Of a DNA stretch of 64,000 nucleotides, positions 61,996 to 64,000 are shown one piece after another. The position numbers were made by a program, and so were the translations under genes. Below the pieces are notes generated by a model. That model made no database searches, was not told the DNA's origin, and was given only the letters and a program-made list of their open reading frames with translations. Numbering within the stretch: position 1 is the stretch's first letter; every line of letters starts with the position of its first letter. This DNA comes from Octopus bimaculoides. Taxonomy: Eukaryota. The stretch is from NCBI RefSeq assembly GCF_001194135.2, contig NC_069000.1, positions 9,083,890-9,147,889 on the forward strand, given 5' to 3'.

Positions 61996-63927
61996 ATACT
62001 GTGAAACTTAATTTAATTTTAATTTTTAATAAATTGAATTTAATTGAGTTTTTACCTGTAAATTTGGATTTTTATCCCTAATATTATTATATATGTATAT
62101 ATCATCATCATCATCGTTTAATGCCAACATTCGTTACTAAGGTTGGATGGTTTGACAGGACCCAACAGGCCAGAGAACTGCATCAAGCACCAATGGTTTC
62201 TATAGCTGGATGCCCCCTTCCAAATGCCAACCACTTTACAAGGCGCATTGGGTAGTTTTCTTGTGGCACCAACACTAGTGAAGTCATCAAGTTACTTGCA
62301 AGACATAAAAAAGGCTTCCCGGATTATTTTCATACTTCAAGTTACTTTGTAAGAAAAACGAGAAGACACTACACATTAAAATCTCGAAAGGAAACAGCAA
62401 AACACCTAACCTGACTGCAAGATCCACCAATCCCTCAGTGACACAGTTCTTGTAAAACGATTCAGAGCATTGGAGATGTTTTTCACTTCGGTAGCAGTTG
62501 ACAGAACAATAAACGGCTTTGCATCTTGGACAGGTGTATTTAGATACATTGAGCAAACAACTATAAAAAAAAGAAACAAAGCAATATAAACATGAGAAAA
62601 AATGGCGTTATATGATGGCTGTTCATTAAGGTTGATGAATATGTCTAGCTGATGGTGTATACATGTATGTGATGAGTACGTGATTGAATCGAAGGTCACA
62701 TACAATCAACGGACACTAACTTGAGGGGAAACCAGTCATACGCGTGCGCATGTCTTTGTGTTTGTTGGTTTGTTTACGTCAATTCGGTAAATGAGACCAA
62801 CAGAATAAGTATGAGACTTAAAAATAAGTACTGGGATCGTTTGTTCGACAAAACCCTTCAAGGCGATGTCTCAACAAGGCCGCAGTCCAATGACTGAAAC
62901 AAAAAAAAAAGATGAAGTAACTGTGGTCAGCTCTATATAATCATAACATTTGAAGGGACCTCCGTTTCTTAAATATATAACATGAGACTGAACTCTGTAG
63001 ATATACATTGTTTTGTTTGTTTCGGCCTTGACTGAGCAGGCATACGATCGAAGTCGTAACCACTTTGTCTTTTACATAAACAGTAGTGTACGAAGAACAT
63101 TATCCTAGTGTCGTTCATATTTAGTGTGATTTGAGGGAGATTTGGCTGTCAGTTTTAGAAGGTCCAGCCCATCGTATCTCACCTTGTAATCGTGTGGCAG
63201 TATATCAAGTTACTCGTATATTGTTATCCAGACTTGTCTTGAAATGACCGAAGACTGTTGTGGTGGCCACAGCAGACATAAATAATGTAAACACAGGGCA
63301 AGAAACGTTCGATCTACTCTGTGTAGTATCTCAAAGCGCCCTTAAGTTCTTTACTACCATCCAAAAAACATTAACCATATAAAGAAGGGATAGAAAAACA
63401 TTAACCATATAAACTGGGGATAGAAAACCCGCCTCAGAGATGGTATGGTCACAGCAATAACATCGAACGAAAGGTACGACCATTGAACATAAGGATCAAC
63501 TTTCACTTAGTCGTAAACAGCCGCTCGTGTCATTTCGTTTGGTGGCCGGCAATCTGGAGCGAAACAATAGTTGTTACCATTTATCATTTTATTTGATAAG
63601 AATAGAGCTACGTTGTATAATATGTCCTTCCTTTTATTTTTTAGACACCAGAGTGTGGTTAAAGGGAGATTTGACTGATACTGGGAGCGGTTCCACGGTG
63701 TATAAGGTTGGCTTTCGCTAACTCCGTAGAATTAAAAAGATGGATGTTATATAATAGTAATGCGGACGGAAAAATCTATATATTGGAAACAGTTGCCTAT
63801 ATATATATGATCAATGATTGCAAGTAGAACATAGGAACAAGGAATATACCTACAAGACACAAGGTTTGCTTCTCTGTGACGAAAGACCAATGTTCTCCAC
63901 GTTACTTTCTTCCATGACGGACTCCAT
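53606..63927 (-). CDS. ZNHIT2: Zinc finger HIT domain-containing protein 2; 11 exons: 63854-63927, 62411-62560, 61187-61269, 60382-60423, 59008-59132, 57682-57780, 56784-56900, 56377-56469, 54375-54540, 54017-54181, 53606-53718 (1227 nt, 408 aa)
   Basis: All junctions are GT-AG and phase-consistent. HIT finger CVFC-LLNVSKYTCPRCKAVYCSVNCYRSEKHLQCSESFY; family-typical blocks LAERLTGLDL, IWDVLSKQEKEEF, WSPWW, YSYAYICRLHNG, RALSDL, KKILFLLSW and C-terminal PLIEVL. Confidence 0.92.
54017..54181 (-). CDS. ZNHIT2: ZNHIT2 exon 10
   Basis: LKKEKSSNETLISHLKTQRKKLFRSEKKILFLLSWAQSYGLALHGCLQELNLEF. Confidence 0.9.
54375..54540 (-). CDS. ZNHIT2: ZNHIT2 exon 9
   Basis: DSSSIQASQKFSISIIKDIINIIEGPCTQKPLHYLLRALSDLLKMFQCAQKEISK. 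Confidence 0.88.
56377..56469 (-). CDS. ZNHIT2: ZNHIT2 exon 8
   Basis: EVLHLCDVLDTTQNYSSTSDALHACLNRSNE; donor gtaagt. Confidence 0.85.
56784..56900 (-). CDS. ZNHIT2: ZNHIT2 exon 7
   Basis: NSKPSSDLRFTVISTVYSYAYICRLHNGDYLNTPLDCAN. Confidence 0.9.
57682..57780 (-). CDS. ZNHIT2: ZNHIT2 exon 6
   Basis: ETSKVEDLDADLKPDKAFPQLYKDIPHISQILK; weak donor gtgcaa. Confidence 0.8.
59008..59132 (-). CDS. ZNHIT2: ZNHIT2 exon 5
   Basis: KDTDKIWDVLSKQEKEEFQRLLRDERLGGLIEFWSPWWSHK. Confidence 0.9.
60382..60423 (-). CDS. ZNHIT2: ZNHIT2 exon 4
   Basis: ECSLAERLTGLDL; donor gtaagt; phase 1-1. Confidence 0.85.
   Translation of the reverse strand, partial: RNAVWLSVLLAWI
61187..61269 (-). CDS. ZNHIT2: ZNHIT2 exon 3
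   Basis: QSEREEMIEILKKASEADEDDYEDSDE; phase 2-1. Confidence 0.85.
62411..62560 (-). CDS. ZNHIT2: ZNHIT2 exon 2 (zf-HIT)
   Basis: ttttatag|T TGT...GTC AG|gttagg; CLLNVSKYTCPRCKAVYCSVNCYRSEKHLQCSESFYKNCVTEGL. Confidence 0.95.
63364..63427. repeat. 30-bp tandem duplication in ZNHIT2 intron 1
   Basis: AAAAACATTAACCATATAAA(GAA/CTG)GGGATAG occurs twice. Confidence 0.85.
63854..63927 (-). CDS. ZNHIT2: ZNHIT2 exon 1
   Basis: ATG at 63927; MESVMEESNVENIGLSSQRSKPCV+TT|gtaggt supplies the first Cys of the HIT finger. Confidence 0.85.
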
Positions 63928-64000
63928 TTTTAAACAAGCAAATTCACGAACGATAACTCTTTCTCAACTCTTTCTCTCACACGAAATAGTCTCCCTTGGA

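Overview
AT-rich eukaryotic scaffold with five N-gaps and dense microsatellites and tRNA-derived SINEs. The repeat families look like those of Octopus (inferred from recall, not searched). All exon models were read by hand from splice sites and reading frame. Genes: (1) the last three coding exons of a + strand gene ending ...KKVIYEVIV*, probably an echinoid/nephrin-like Ig adhesion receptor tail, followed by a probable ~7.7 kb 3' UTR; (2) two terminal exons of an unidentified - strand gene (20815-19356); (3) an unidentified - strand gene with 25-nt and 32-nt micro-exons (33293-32393); (4) a 1.44-kb + strand terminal exon encoding a Ser/Thr/Pro-rich orphan protein (39002-40438); (5) a CpG-rich promoter with an ETS-CRE composite and a - strand non-coding first exon (~44570-44740); (6) a complete 11-exon ZNHIT2 gene on the - strand (63927-53606, 408 aa). 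The most unusual non-coding structures are a perfect 68-bp inverted repeat (4711-4863), a 52-bp imperfect hairpin (16395-16546), a SINE flanked by a 45-bp duplication, a SINE family with a variable-number internal repeat, and a 101-bp higher-order repeat. I found no prokaryotic-type system (CRISPR, operon) and cannot claim a new multi-gene system.
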